Origin: a virus
Taxonomy: Duplodnaviria > Caudoviricetes
Virus record (IMG/VR): IMGVR_UViG_3300025120_000059
Coordinates: 1-57,305 of that record
Length of the DNA: 57,305 nt
Strand: one strand, 5' to 3'
The notes beneath the pieces are model-generated. The model was not told where the DNA came from, ran no database searches, and was given only the letters and a program-made list of their open reading frames with translations. Positions 38,074 through 47,525 of this stretch are shown here, in pieces. A program made the translations under genes and the position numbers. Every line of letters starts with the position of its first letter. Within the stretch, counting starts at the first letter, position 1.

Positions 38074-38108
38074 AGGGGAGTGCTGACCACTACTGCAACA
38101 CTCCCCCA
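38074..38108 (-). terminator. Hairpin terminator after ssb
   Basis: Minus strand GGGGAGTGTTG...CAGCACTCCCC followed by TTCTT. Confidence 0.6.
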
Positions 38109-38125
38109 TGCCTCCTTATGTTATA

Positions 38126-38590
38126 TTAGAAAGGTACTGCTTCCGATACAGCTTCTTGTACATAGCCACCGTCAACAGGGGCGAAGTCTTCATTACCATC
38201 TTTATATTCAATGAAGTCCACAACCTGTACGGCTGCAAGGTCAGACGATACTCCTGACTTGCCAGCATAATTCCAATCATAAGGAATTGCTTTTACATTT
38301 ACTACGCTACCATTAGCAATTTTCTTTCCATCCCACAGGTTATTCTGTGAGTCTTTGACGATGGGTGCCTGACGCTCAGTCCCATCCTTACGCATAACCT
38401 TACGCTTAATAGTAACAAAGTCACCACGTTCATCTCCCTTGTTAGCGATAGGAAGATTAGCAGCTTCAATGGTTGCACGGTTGTCATCGTTAACCTCAAC
38501 CTGAATGCTCCACACCGGATCGAACTTAACGTTCGGCTCAGTGATAGAAGCATAGTGGCACTTACCAGAAATGTAAATCGGATCGTTCAT
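38126..38590 (-). CDS. ssb: Single-stranded DNA-binding protein (T7 gp2.5-like)
   Basis: IANGSVVNV, LAAVQVVDFIEY, acidic tail ending in PF. Confidence 0.8.
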   Translation of the reverse strand: MNDPIYISGKCHYASITEPNVKFDPVWSIQVEVNDDNRATIEAANLPIANKGDERGDFVTIKRKVMRKDGTERQAPIVKDSQNNLWDGKKIANGSVVNVKAIPYDWNYAGKSGVSSDLAAVQVVDFIEYKDGNEDFAPVDGGYVQEAVSEAVPF

Positions 38591-38680
38591 AAATAGTCTC
38601 CTTTAAAACGCTGCGCTATTGCAGCCATGATGGGGATCATTCCCCGTTGGGTTGTCTACTACTAACTAAACAACGAGTGC

Positions 38681-38710
38681 ATTATAGCACATCGTATATT
38701 GGGATGTCAA
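38681..38710 (-). promoter_or_regulatory. Sigma70-type promoter upstream of ssb
   Basis: TTGACA-N18-TATAAT with extended -10 TG. Confidence 0.8.
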
Positions 38711-38714
38711 CATA

Positions 38715-40346
38715 TTAATGTGTCTCTGCCCAATTATTTCCAACCTTGAAGTCTGAGTCAAGGTCACACTTAAAGTTTAGTATTTCCTGTGTCGTATACA
38801 TAGCCTCCTTTGTTATCTTGGTAAAGCTTTCTATGTCTGGTTTGGCTACCTCAAACTGATACTCATCATGTACTGAGGCAACAAGCTTGGCGTCAAGGCC
38901 ATGCTCCCAGATCATCCTGTCCATCTCAACAAGCCAACGCTTGCACACCACTGCACCGGCACCTTGAAGTAGAGTATTAAGTGCAGCATGTTCGTGCCTG
39001 ATGTGTAGCATACGTCCATCAAGACCACGTATCAAACCCTTTGAAGCTACTGCGCCTATATCTTTACGTAGCTTGTTAAGTGCTGGCATATTCTTCAGGA
39101 ACTTTCCGATAAGTTTCTGTCCATCAGAAGAGTTACCACCAACTACACTACCAATCTTAGCGGGACCAGCACCATACAAAAATGCATAGATAAATGTCTT
39201 GGCTTGGTCACGGTTACTTAGACCTGCTGCCTTCATGTTAGCTGTATGTACATCACCTGTCAGTACCTCATTGGTAAACTTAGCATCGTTCATATAGTGA
39301 GCAAGACATCTAAGCTCAAGGCCACTGGCATCAGTACCTACTAGCTGATGTGTCTCTGGATTAGATACTGTCCAGAGTTCTCTGCACTCTTTACCATATG
39401 GACTGTACACTGCTGGAACCTGTGCCATGTTTGGGCCATGATGTGCCATCCTGCCGGTGATAGTCTTGAGAGTAAGCACCCTGCCATGCACTCGTTCCTG
39501 TTCGCTACATGCCTGTATCCACGCCTTCAGTAGGCCGGTACGTTTCTGTAGCAGGAAGTAACGAGAGAACATCTTAGCCTCTGGCATATCAATCGTATCC
39601 AGCACTGCCTCATTGACAATCACATTGCCCTTGTCTGTTTTCTTTGTAGGCTTCCATCCCTTCTTCATCAGACGTTCAGCAATCTGCTTACGACTTGCTA
39701 TATTAAAAGGTATTTCTTTTGTCTTTGTCTTTAGCTCTACAATGGTAGGTGGAAACATATCGTGAGCCTTCTCTTCAAGAGAGTACAACTCATCCATAAG
39801 TTTAGCTTCCAGTGTCATACCCTTCATCAGGTCAAAGGCAAAGCCGTTGCTCTGTTGTTTATCTACGATGCTACGAACCTTCCGTTCCAGATCATAGGAT
39901 TCATCAGAGAACTTCTTACCTTCTTCCTGTAGGTAGTCATACGTCTCCATTGTTACAGCCGTGTCGGTGTAACAGTACTTCAACATCTCTTCATTGAAGT
40001 GGGAGAAGTCATGGTAGTCACCCTTCTTGTGGTTGAAGAAGTTACCCCATGACTCAAGGGAGTGACCACCATCACGTATAGGATTATATAACTGTGACTT
40101 AATAAGTGTATCATCAATCTGATCTATCTTAATATCAGAACCAGTAAACTTATTAAGTAAGGGAGCGTCGAAGCTGATACCGTTGTGCATAATAAAGGTA
40201 TCTATTTTCTTCGACCACTCCCTGAAGTCACGGCATTCATCTCCTATCCAGTGTCGTGTCTGTCCTGTTTCTTTGCTCCTTGCTACGATACAGTGTATCT
40301 TGGTTGCATTGATAGCATCTGTTTCTATATCAACTACTGCTTTCAT
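38715..40346 (-). CDS. Family A DNA polymerase (T7-like, with 3'-5' exonuclease)
   Basis: DIET ExoI, HNGISFD ExoII, DASGLELR motif A, AKTFIYAFLYG motif B, VHDE motif C. Confidence 0.95.
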   Translation of the reverse strand: MKAVVDIETDAINATKIHCIVARSKETGQTRHWIGDECRDFREWSKKIDTFIMHNGISFDAPLLNKFTGSDIKIDQIDDTLIKSQLYNPIRDGGHSLESWGNFFNHKKGDYHDFSHFNEEMLKYCYTDTAVTMETYDYLQEEGKKFSDESYDLERKVRSIVDKQQSNGFAFDLMKGMTLEAKLMDELYSLEEKAHDMFPPTIVELKTKTKEIPFNIASRKQIAERLMKKGWKPTKKTDKGNVIVNEAVLDTIDMPEAKMFSRYFLLQKRTGLLKAWIQACSEQERVHGRVLTLKTITGRMAHHGPNMAQVPAVYSPYGKECRELWTVSNPETHQLVGTDASGLELRCLAHYMNDAKFTNEVLTGDVHTANMKAAGLSNRDQAKTFIYAFLYGAGPAKIGSVVGGNSSDGQKLIGKFLKNMPALNKLRKDIGAVASKGLIRGLDGRMLHIRHEHAALNTLLQGAGAVVCKRWLVEMDRMIWEHGLDAKLVASVHDEYQFEVAKPDIESFTKITKEAMYTTQEILNFKCDLDSDFKVGNNWAETH

Positions 40347-40823
40347 TCAAGCAGCTTTTTTTTGTAATTGATTTTGATTTAATCCATACCCCTCACCATG
40401 TCCTAAATTAATTATATTATTTGGATTAATAAGTTGTTCTTTAGTTGCCCAACCTCTGATAACAAATTTAGGAAAGTTTGTGGTAACTAAAACAAAAATA
40501 TCAATATCTTTATAAGGTGTATTTAATTTTGCTAGTAGTTTTCCTGTAGAATATTTTGTTGTTTTAACATCTATTCTTTTTCCAGAGTGAGAAATGAGAT
40601 CAGCGCCGCCCTGTCTTGCATATATTGTTAAGTCAGGATATACATTAAGCCATTTACCCACGCAAAGTTCGCCACCTAAACCTAGAAGATCAGTTTCTAA
40701 ATTACTTTGTGGACCTATCTTTGCGTTATAAACTCCTGAAGAACGGGCTACATCGTGACGCATTTCAGCCCCTATCTTACAAATTTTTTGTTCAAATTCT
40801 GTAAGTTCATATTCATATATCAT
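40347..40823 (-). CDS. Putative PD-(D/E)XK-like nuclease
   Basis: GLGGE...GADL....IDVKTT; AT-rich. Confidence 0.5.
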   Translation of the reverse strand: MIYEYELTEFEQKICKIGAEMRHDVARSSGVYNAKIGPQSNLETDLLGLGGELCVGKWLNVYPDLTIYARQGGADLISHSGKRIDVKTTKYSTGKLLAKLNTPYKDIDIFVLVTTNFPKFVIRGWATKEQLINPNNIINLGHGEGYGLNQNQLQKKAA

Positions 40824-41286
40824 TTGTCATGTCCACTAAGTATGCATCTTCTACGGGAATGTGAAAGAATTTTTCTCCCTTTCTTATCTTATAGTTAGAG
40901 GCTTCTTTAACTTCACACTCTAACAATGTGTTACCATCTACGTGCCATGCCATAGTGCAGTCATGGTTGAAGACCACAAAAGTAAGTAGGTCATTGTAAC
41001 ATTCCTTCTTCCATTTGTCAAGAAGCCTTTGCTTACGATGTGGTATACGTAACTCTTTCCAACTGTCGGGCCACTCGTTACCCTTCCAAGAATACTTCAC
41101 CTCCACTTCATAGAGATGTCTTGGAAGGTCTGGACCTACAGTTGAAACAATATCAAAGTAAGTTGTTTCATTAGTATCTATATTAGTATGATCTTTATTT
41201 TCTAACCAAGATACCATAGCTTCTTTGGCTTCTCTGTCAGCTTTCTCATATAGATTACGATCAAACTTCTTTCTAACCTCACTCAT
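40813..41286 (-). CDS. Putative PD-(D/E)XK-like nuclease
   Basis: FDIVS...YEVEVK; likely start MSEVRKK. Confidence 0.5.
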   Translation of the reverse strand: MSEVRKKFDRNLYEKADREAKEAMVSWLENKDHTNIDTNETTYFDIVSTVGPDLPRHLYEVEVKYSWKGNEWPDSWKELRIPHRKQRLLDKWKKECYNDLLTFVVFNHDCTMAWHVDGNTLLECEVKEASNYKIRKGEKFFHIPVEDAYLVDMTNDI

Positions 41287-42901
41287 TGTCATCCTCCACA
41301 AAGGGGTTGTCGATCTGTGTCATGCGTCCTGTCTCACCATCATAGTGAAGGTGACAAGCTATACCAGTGTCACCTGTGTACCTGTTCTTCAAGACACGGA
41401 TAGAGGTGGTATTAGCTTCGATAGGATCGTCTGCCTGTTGGTTACGCTCCAGTGCAATCACTGCATCAGACAGGTGGGCAATAGAAGCAGAGCCACGTAG
41501 GTGTGACAGGGTAACTTCACGGCCATTCTCATGCCCATTGTCACCTGATGGGCGACGTAGGTGGCTGACCAGTAGCAGGGCAATGCCTGTCTCCTCAACA
41601 AGAGAACGAAGCTTGGTCATCAGGATGTCGATAGACTTACGCTCATCGCCGTTGTCTTCCTGTCCTGATACAAGGATAGACAGGTGATCAAGGAAAATCC
41701 ACTTGCAGTCAAGAGCTTTTGCCATGTATCGGATGCGACTAAGTATCTCATCGTTCTCCATGCTGCCAAAGTGATCGAAGGCAAAGAACCTACCAGAGTC
41801 AATCGTCTTGGCTTGCCAATCATCCAACTGTTCCTGCGTGTACTGGTCACGTATCTCCTTAATGTACAGTCTAGCGTTAGCTTCCACACTCATAAGGTTG
41901 AAGGCAGTCTGCTTCGTGTTCTCTTCCATAGCAAGCACACCAATATTATCTTTGGTATTCTGCATAATATGATACATAAGCTCACGCATGATGCTGGACT
42001 TACCCATACCTGCACCAGAGGTGAACGTCACAAGCTCTCCTGTCCTGATGCCATAGGTCTTGTCGTTCATACCGGACCACGGGTAGGGACAAGTCTCGTT
42101 GTGTGTCTCATCGTACAGGCTACGGCCAAGGTCAGCAAGGTTGATAATACCTGCCGGTGTAAAGGTACGTGCGCTCCACCATGCCTGAGTAAACTTCTCA
42201 CGTTGACCTGTCTTCAGATACTCATTGGCATCCTTGAGTTCAAGGTCCATGATCTTACACTTGTTAGGCTCAAACAGTTTAGCAACAGCCTGTGCTGCCT
42301 CCTTGCCCTGCTTATCATTGTCAAAGCAGAGAACAATAGTATCGAACTTGTTAAGGTATTCAAGTGACTGCTGACAGTTCTTCACGGCAGACTGTGCGCC
42401 GTTCTTAATAGATACTGAAGGCCACTTCGATCCCATCAGTTCATAGGCACTCATGGCATCGATCTCACCCTCACAAACCGTGACAAACTTACCTGTCTGA
42501 CCAAAGATATTCTGACCAAACAAACCACACTCAGAAAGATTACCCTCAGACCAGAACTGTTTGTCACTGGTACGTCGGAACTTAGATGCAAGATGATTAC
42601 CATTCTTGTCGTAGTATTTGTACATGTGTTTATCTACAATGGTGCCACTCTTACTTACAGTGACGCCATACTTCTTACAGGTATCAAGAGTAATTTTTCT
42701 GTCAGCAATAGCTGAGAAGGTAAAAGATGAGGGATTTTCATTCTGCATTTTGATAACCTGAGTTGGTTGGGTTGGCATCTGTTCTCCATTTCTATAGGGC
42801 TTGGATTCGTCGCAGCTAAAACATTTAGTTCCCCACTCGTAGTATGCCAGTGCGTCTGACGAACCACAGTCGGGGCAGGGTTGGTGTGTTTTAAGTTCCA
42901 T
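41279..42901 (-). CDS. T7 gp4-like primase-helicase
   Basis: CPDCGSSD zinc finger, CEGEIDA and FDND TOPRIM, GAGMGKS Walker A, LDHL, LRGS, VLKNR. Confidence 0.95.
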   Translation of the reverse strand: MELKTHQPCPDCGSSDALAYYEWGTKCFSCDESKPYRNGEQMPTQPTQVIKMQNENPSSFTFSAIADRKITLDTCKKYGVTVSKSGTIVDKHMYKYYDKNGNHLASKFRRTSDKQFWSEGNLSECGLFGQNIFGQTGKFVTVCEGEIDAMSAYELMGSKWPSVSIKNGAQSAVKNCQQSLEYLNKFDTIVLCFDNDKQGKEAAQAVAKLFEPNKCKIMDLELKDANEYLKTGQREKFTQAWWSARTFTPAGIINLADLGRSLYDETHNETCPYPWSGMNDKTYGIRTGELVTFTSGAGMGKSSIMRELMYHIMQNTKDNIGVLAMEENTKQTAFNLMSVEANARLYIKEIRDQYTQEQLDDWQAKTIDSGRFFAFDHFGSMENDEILSRIRYMAKALDCKWIFLDHLSILVSGQEDNGDERKSIDILMTKLRSLVEETGIALLLVSHLRRPSGDNGHENGREVTLSHLRGSASIAHLSDAVIALERNQQADDPIEANTTSIRVLKNRYTGDTGIACHLHYDGETGRMTQIDNPFVEDDNE

Positions 42902-42914
42902 AAACTTCTCCATA

Positions 42915-42966
42915 TTAATTGAGCCTTAGTAGTTTCGTAGAAACTCTACTACTAAGACTCAATTAA
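42915..42966 (-). repeat. Conserved hairpin element, copy A
   Basis: Minus strand TTAATTGAGTCTTAGTA-GTAGA-GTTTC-TAC-GAAAC-TACTAAGGCTCAATTAA. Confidence 0.85.
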
Positions 42967-42968
42967 GT

Positions 42969-43157
42969 TTACCATTTACCTTTACTGTTTTCCATGAGTT
43001 CCTTACATAACTCTTGTCGGTGTGCAGCTATATCCTTTTCTATTGATACCAGTGTCTCTATCTTATCAACCATCTCCATCTTACGCCACGGTGCTTTAAA
43101 ACATGTTTGTACATGTCCTCTTTCTTTTGGTTTGTATACTTCAACTAGAACTTCCAT
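42969..43157 (-). CDS. Hypothetical protein
   Basis: Likely start MEVLVEVY; the upstream part of the track ORF is better explained by another frame. Confidence 0.55.
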   Translation of the reverse strand: MEVLVEVYKPKERGHVQTCFKAPWRKMEMVDKIETLVSIEKDIAAHRQELCKELMENSKGKW

Positions 43158-43161
43158 AGCT

Positions 43162-43320
43162 CTATCCCTTCTTGATTTCATAAACTCTTTCTGTAGGTAA
43201 TCCGGTAACATGTTGAGTGAGTTGTTCACGGTTTTGAAGTTCTTCTTCTGCCTCCTTCTTAGTAGTGAAAGATTTAATCTCCACATCTCCCCACTCCTTT
43301 CTTAATACTAACTTCCACAT
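43162..43320 (-). CDS. 52-aa hypothetical protein (not in track)
   Basis: MWKLVLRKEWGDVEIKSFTTKKEAEEELQNR... Confidence 0.55.
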   Translation of the reverse strand: MWKLVLRKEWGDVEIKSFTTKKEAEEELQNREQLTQHVTGLPTERVYEIKKG

Positions 43321-43976
43321 AACGCACTCCATGATTCAGGAAATAACTTTTCCATATGATCTCCGATTGGTTTAACCACGCTACTGGTTTCAAGTTGTGC
43401 GTCTTTGCTGCACCGTAGTTTGTATATTCTTGCGAAGGCCATCAGTGTACCAGACCAGTACCACTCCGTCAACATGCTTTGTGGCAGCACAGTTCGTGCT
43501 TGTTCAGGACATACACCTATATCTAACATAGCTTTATAAGCATCAAGACAGTGGCGTGTTGCATCTATGTACATATGATCTACTATGTTCTGTGATGGTG
43601 TGGCATCTTCTGATGATCCCTGCTTTACATTTTCTGCACTCTGTCTCCAGTAATCAGGCGACCAGAACTCTGGTTCTGTTTTAATATACCTACGGCTAAC
43701 CTCATTCCAGACAAGACCAACTTGATGTTTCATAAGTTGTCGTGCTACGAAGATGGGTGCCTTGATCCTGAACTGTGCAGAGCCATGACCAAACGGTGTC
43801 CAGTGATTGTGCTTGGCAAGATACTTTATTAGTTTAATATCTTTATCTTGAAGCACTCCCTCAGTCGGACCACCAAAAGGTATTGTTTCCCAATCAGATT
43901 CTTTATCAAAGCTAACCCGTGCTGCATTAACAACGCTGAGATCGTTACCCATGTGATCAATCAATTCAACATTCAT
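43308..43976 (-). CDS. thyX: Flavin-dependent thymidylate synthase
   Basis: VVNAARVS, HWTPF, ARQLMKHQ....NEVSRRY, PEQARTVLP. Confidence 0.95.
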   Translation of the reverse strand: MNVELIDHMGNDLSVVNAARVSFDKESDWETIPFGGPTEGVLQDKDIKLIKYLAKHNHWTPFGHGSAQFRIKAPIFVARQLMKHQVGLVWNEVSRRYIKTEPEFWSPDYWRQSAENVKQGSSEDATPSQNIVDHMYIDATRHCLDAYKAMLDIGVCPEQARTVLPQSMLTEWYWSGTLMAFARIYKLRCSKDAQLETSSVVKPIGDHMEKLFPESWSALCGS

Positions 43977-44151
43977 CAAAGGTATCCTCCCACAGTTCAT
44001 GCACAAAAGAAACTTTATCTTCCATAATATTATCTGCTTCTTTCTTTGCTAACTTCTTAGCCTCTTTGTAGACATAACCTTCATCAACATATTCTCTGAT
44101 CAGATCACGCATTAAACCACTGCGTTCTTTCTGCCATAAATTCTTAGCCAT
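43966..44151 (-). CDS. Hypothetical protein
   Basis: 61 aa, tightly packed with neighbours. Confidence 0.6.
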   Translation of the reverse strand: MAKNLWQKERSGLMRDLIREYVDEGYVYKEAKKLAKKEADNIMEDKVSFVHELWEDTFDEC

Positions 44152-44152
44152 G

Positions 44153-44323
44153 TTAATCTAAATCCTCTAAGTCTTTAAAAAATTCTTCTCTATCTTTTTG
44201 ACTTGTGACATCGTACCCTGACTTCTTCATCAACAACCACAACTCTTCGCCGTATCCTAAAGATTTTCTTAAAGTATTTTCTTTTTCTAAACGGTGCCAA
44301 TCAAGATCGTATATTTTTGTCAT
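44153..44323 (-). CDS. 56-aa hypothetical protein (not in track)
   Basis: MTKIYDLDWHRLEKENTLRKSLGYGEELW... fills the gap. Confidence 0.55.
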   Translation of the reverse strand: MTKIYDLDWHRLEKENTLRKSLGYGEELWLLMKKSGYDVTSQKDREEFFKDLEDLD

Positions 44324-44486
44324 CGTATTCTACCCACCCAGTATTAGCGTTTGTTTGTTTTTCTTTTGCTAGTTCTTTTCTTAGGTCATCAATTAATTTT
44401 TCCTGTTCTTTTATTCTAGCTTTTAACATCTTAACATTAGTATTTAATATGTCCCAAGCGGACTTCAAGTTAGTGTCTTCTGTCAT
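44301..44486 (-). CDS. Coiled-coil hypothetical protein
   Basis: 61 aa, SD AGGAG. Confidence 0.6.
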   Translation of the reverse strand: MTEDTNLKSAWDILNTNVKMLKARIKEQEKLIDDLRKELAKEKQTNANTGWVEYDDKNIRS

Positions 44487-44498
44487 ATTATACTCCTG

Positions 44499-44990
44499 TC
44501 ACCGGCTGTTGTCAATATAAAATACATGTTTATCTATTTGCCCCACAAGAGAGAAGCGATCATCCAATGCCCAGTAAGGTGTGACATAAGAGGCATGATA
44601 GTGGGTTGCTCCTTCAGTGTGGAGTAGCACAACGCCCTGTAGAGCAAGCTCTGCTGCGCTGACTGCTTCATTATAAGCATCTACATTTGCAATAGTTTCT
44701 GGCTTCCCGTCACACCAGTATGAGAAGTGACACTTGTTTCTGACGGGCTTACCCTTCCATGTTCTGCCCTGACGGACAACATCACAGATATTATCTGGAT
44801 AATGTTCTGACTGCACTCGTTGCAATACCACGTTTGCTACAGCAAGTTGTGCAACAAAAGATTCTGAACGTGCTTCAAAGTATACTGCCTCTGCTAGACA
44901 TGAAAGGTTGTCTGCCCTTACCTGAGATGCAAAGACAGAAAGGATAATAAAGAATATAAAGTTAAGTATAATAATCTTTAAGTAGTTCAT
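44499..44990 (-). CDS. SleB-like cell wall hydrolase (Hydrolase_2) with signal peptide
   Basis: CLAEAVYFEARSE, VANVVLQR, CHFSYWCDG, GATHYHA, HVFY; hydrophobic N-terminus. Confidence 0.9.
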   Translation of the reverse strand: MNYLKIIILNFIFFIILSVFASQVRADNLSCLAEAVYFEARSESFVAQLAVANVVLQRVQSEHYPDNICDVVRQGRTWKGKPVRNKCHFSYWCDGKPETIANVDAYNEAVSAAELALQGVVLLHTEGATHYHASYVTPYWALDDRFSLVGQIDKHVFYIDNSR

Positions 44991-45184
44991 TGCAATCTTT
45001 CAATTTTTATATTAAAAGGAAATCCACCAGACAATTCTTTTATACCATGACACATAAGATATGCGGCGGCATCTTCATATGATGGAAAAGTATACACCTC
45101 TTCTTCATCTTCGTTTATCATTAAGTCAATGTCATCTACATCCTTAACTGTATCTTCTTGAGCTTGGGTTATTATATAACTCAT
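44987..45184 (-). CDS. Hypothetical acidic protein
   Basis: 65 aa, coupled to neighbours. Confidence 0.55.
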   Translation of the reverse strand: MSYIITQAQEDTVKDVDDIDLMINEDEEEVYTFPSYEDAAAYLMCHGIKELSGGFPFNIKIERLQ

Positions 45185-45324
45185 CGACCCTGCCCTCTAT
45201 ACTTTTTAAAGCTACGTCTCTTATGTTTATTGTTGGGACGGGAAAGAGTTCCCGCCCCGATTGATGTACGTTTCTTGATCCGATGTTGTGTTGGATCGTA
45301 CTTACCATCAGTCTTCTTTACCAT
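45181..45324 (-). CDS. 47-aa basic protein (not in track)
   Basis: MVKKTDGKYDPTQHRIKKRTSIGAGTLSRPNNKHKRRSFKKYRGQGR; TAATG and ATGA coupling. Confidence 0.65.
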   Translation of the reverse strand: MVKKTDGKYDPTQHRIKKRTSIGAGTLSRPNNKHKRRSFKKYRGQGR

Positions 45325-46220
45325 TAGACAACCTCCAATTCTTTCCAGTGTGGTGATGCCAACATCTTACGTACTTTATCTTCACGTAGTACACGGGTGT
45401 TAGCTTTAGGTACATGGGTAGACCATGCTGTAGCTGCCTGATAAGCAGTCCACAGTGTGCCTTTAGTCTGCTGACTATAGCCTTCGTAGTGACCACGGCC
45501 TATGATGTGACGGTTCTCTTCGTCAAAGGTTTTCATCAGGTTGGATAGCATCACCTTGTTAGGAACCTGTGCTTTGCTTACGTTGTCCATACGCTTTGCA
45601 AGTGTGTTACTGAACAGTGAGATCGCAGTGTCACGATCAACCGTTGTATTATACCACACTTTCATCTGATCCATACCATCGTTGGCAATGAAGTCAGATG
45701 CAGCCCTGATCTTACTGGCAAAGCTGGTGACAGAGAAGTTCTTTGAGTGGCGACCATACACATAGGCCAGCTTGTTACCATCAACAAGAGTATTGTAACA
45801 GGCTGATCGGAAGTAACCCATCATTCCATTGTTAGCCCATGTTCTGTTGTGGCTGGTACGAAACTTGAACTGAGGTGTAACCAAGTCATTCCTTCCATCA
45901 ATGGTAGTAGCTTCAGCGTTGAACTTAGCAGTAAGTTCTAGCTGTTCGCCATGTCCAATCACATTGGTTTGAAACTCAGCACCATCAAGATCAATACCCG
46001 ACATAGCGATAGACTGTTCAAGATTTTCTACAAGATCAAGATACTGTACTGGCTCGTAGGCTTCCGACACAATAGCAATAGGTTCTCCGCTATCAGTTCG
46101 ACGCAGACCTACGCCCAATGACGGATGAATCTCTCCTCCATCAACCCCACCAAAGTTAGGGTTGAACGCACCAAGAGAAAACTTTTCTACGTTAAAGTTA
46201 AGTACATCATGGTTAAACAT
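45324..46220 (-). CDS. DUF932-like protein
   Basis: RTDSGEPIAIVSEAYEPVQ, RSACYN, TLWTAYQAAT.W.TH motifs. Confidence 0.75.
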   Translation of the reverse strand: MFNHDVLNFNVEKFSLGAFNPNFGGVDGGEIHPSLGVGLRRTDSGEPIAIVSEAYEPVQYLDLVENLEQSIAMSGIDLDGAEFQTNVIGHGEQLELTAKFNAEATTIDGRNDLVTPQFKFRTSHNRTWANNGMMGYFRSACYNTLVDGNKLAYVYGRHSKNFSVTSFASKIRAASDFIANDGMDQMKVWYNTTVDRDTAISLFSNTLAKRMDNVSKAQVPNKVMLSNLMKTFDEENRHIIGRGHYEGYSQQTKGTLWTAYQAATAWSTHVPKANTRVLREDKVRKMLASPHWKELEVV

Positions 46221-46371
46221 TTTGGTTATCTTTCATCTTTAGGTTGAAACGTATTGAGTGTAGTTGCTGAATACATTGTGACATCTTGTCACTGTCTTCC
46301 AGTTTTACTGAGCCATTCAACTGAAGCTGGCTTAGTACTTCAAGAGTTTCTTCTATGGCTTCAAGCGGTGT
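46213..46371 (-). CDS. Hypothetical early protein
   Basis: Likely start at MTPLEAIEE within track ORF 46213..46422. Confidence 0.45.
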   Translation of the reverse strand, partial: TPLEAIEETLEVLSQLQLNGSVKLEDSDKMSQCIQQLHSIRFNLKMKDNQNV

Positions 46372-46579
46372 CATCGTTCCAGCTTTCGTAACCGTCTGAA
46401 AGGGAACGCATTTCGTGTTCAATCCATCCGTTTAGTTCTTGGATATTAATATCTTCTGGCTTTGAATCGTATGCAATTAGCTCCATGTATTCTTCTACCA
46501 TTGGGCGACACCACTCATCGCCACCATAACGCAGAAACTTTTCAACATCTTCGATGTCTTTAAACTCAGGAATATTCAT
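46361..46579 (-). CDS. Hypothetical acidic early protein
   Basis: 72 aa, SD GAGGAG. Confidence 0.6.
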   Translation of the reverse strand: MNIPEFKDIEDVEKFLRYGGDEWCRPMVEEYMELIAYDSKPEDINIQELNGWIEHEMRSLSDGYESWNDDTA

Positions 46580-46580
46580 G

Positions 46581-46802
46581 TCATTCTCCTCTAAGTTGTA
46601 TATCTTTTAGTGTGTACTCGGCTAGTATACCATTAAATGTATTAGAGATCAAGCACAATCCATTCAAAGCAGACGGTGCATTTGTCATGGTAAAAGTCAT
46701 AGCTGCCATCAGAGATTCCTCTGCAATGTTTAGATCGTCAGTGTCTTCTTCTTGTAGTAAACTAAGTTCATTATAAACTTGTTTAAATACTTTCATATTC
46801 AT
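46581..46802 (-). CDS. Hypothetical early protein
   Basis: 73 aa, SD GAGGAG. Confidence 0.6.
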   Translation of the reverse strand: MNMKVFKQVYNELSLLQEEDTDDLNIAEESLMAAMTFTMTNAPSALNGLCLISNTFNGILAEYTLKDIQLRGE

Positions 46803-46950
46803 ATGGTAACTCCTCTAGTATGTCATGCCATGCGTTCATTATCTTTATCCTTTGGTTTTGGTGGTGGCTTGCCGCCGAAATAAGTTTCTTGTATCCACTT
46901 ATAATGCTCTGGCGTATTAGGTTTAGGCGGCTTTTCTTTCTCTGGCATAC

Positions 46951-47133
46951 TCACTCCATGTCTACTGTGGGATCACCCCAGCTTACTTCTATGTTTTGTT
47001 TTAATTTAAACTGATTACATCCCTCGACATAAGCTTGATATTGTTTATCACAATCTTCTTTATTATACCACCACTTAGGCATTACACTGTAAGACAGTTG
47101 TTGAAGTTCGTCCCAATCTTTTTTAGATAACAT
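46951..47133 (-). CDS. Hypothetical early protein
   Basis: 60 aa, SD AAGGAG. Confidence 0.55.
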   Translation of the reverse strand: MLSKKDWDELQQLSYSVMPKWWYNKEDCDKQYQAYVEGCNQFKLKQNIEVSWGDPTVDME

Positions 47134-47338
47134 AGCTTTGCTCCTTCTTCAGCCATTCAAGTTGCACCATAGCTATATCATAAGCCTGTGCTGGTGTCAA
47201 ATCAGTAAGAGAATAGATGGTGTACTTTAGACCAGACTTCTCGCCTGTAGTCTTAATCTTTTTACGTAGGTTTGTGTCCCATGTAATCTTCCAGTTATCA
47301 CCACCAAGTTCTATCTCTACGAAGTCAACTGTCTTCAT
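47123..47338 (-). CDS. Hypothetical early protein
   Basis: Likely start MKTVDFVE with SD GGAGG. Confidence 0.55.
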   Translation of the reverse strand: MKTVDFVEIELGGDNWKITWDTNLRKKIKTTGEKSGLKYTIYSLTDLTPAQAYDIAMVQLEWLKKEQSYVI

Positions 47339-47525
47339 TTTGTACCTCCAATTCACTTTGTAAGTTGAATAATATTTCGTGCATTTCGTCAAACAATTTC
47401 TCTGATTTATCCCACTGCCCAATGCGAGCCATACTAAATGCGATCTCCATACCCATTCTTGCAAAAGAAAGTTTAGCAGATGTTGGTTTATCTTTAATGC
47501 TTTTTAATACATCGTCACGAGTCAT
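47325..47525 (-). CDS. Hypothetical early protein
   Basis: 66 aa, SD GGAGG. Confidence 0.55.
   Translation of the reverse strand: MTRDDVLKSIKDKPTSAKLSFARMGMEIAFSMARIGQWDKSEKLFDEMHEILFNLQSELEVQNEDS

Noticed and set aside
38715-40346. Assignment to HMO-2011-type phages
   Set aside because: Polymerase lacks the diagnostic CxxCxGxG DnaJ insert and no integrase is present
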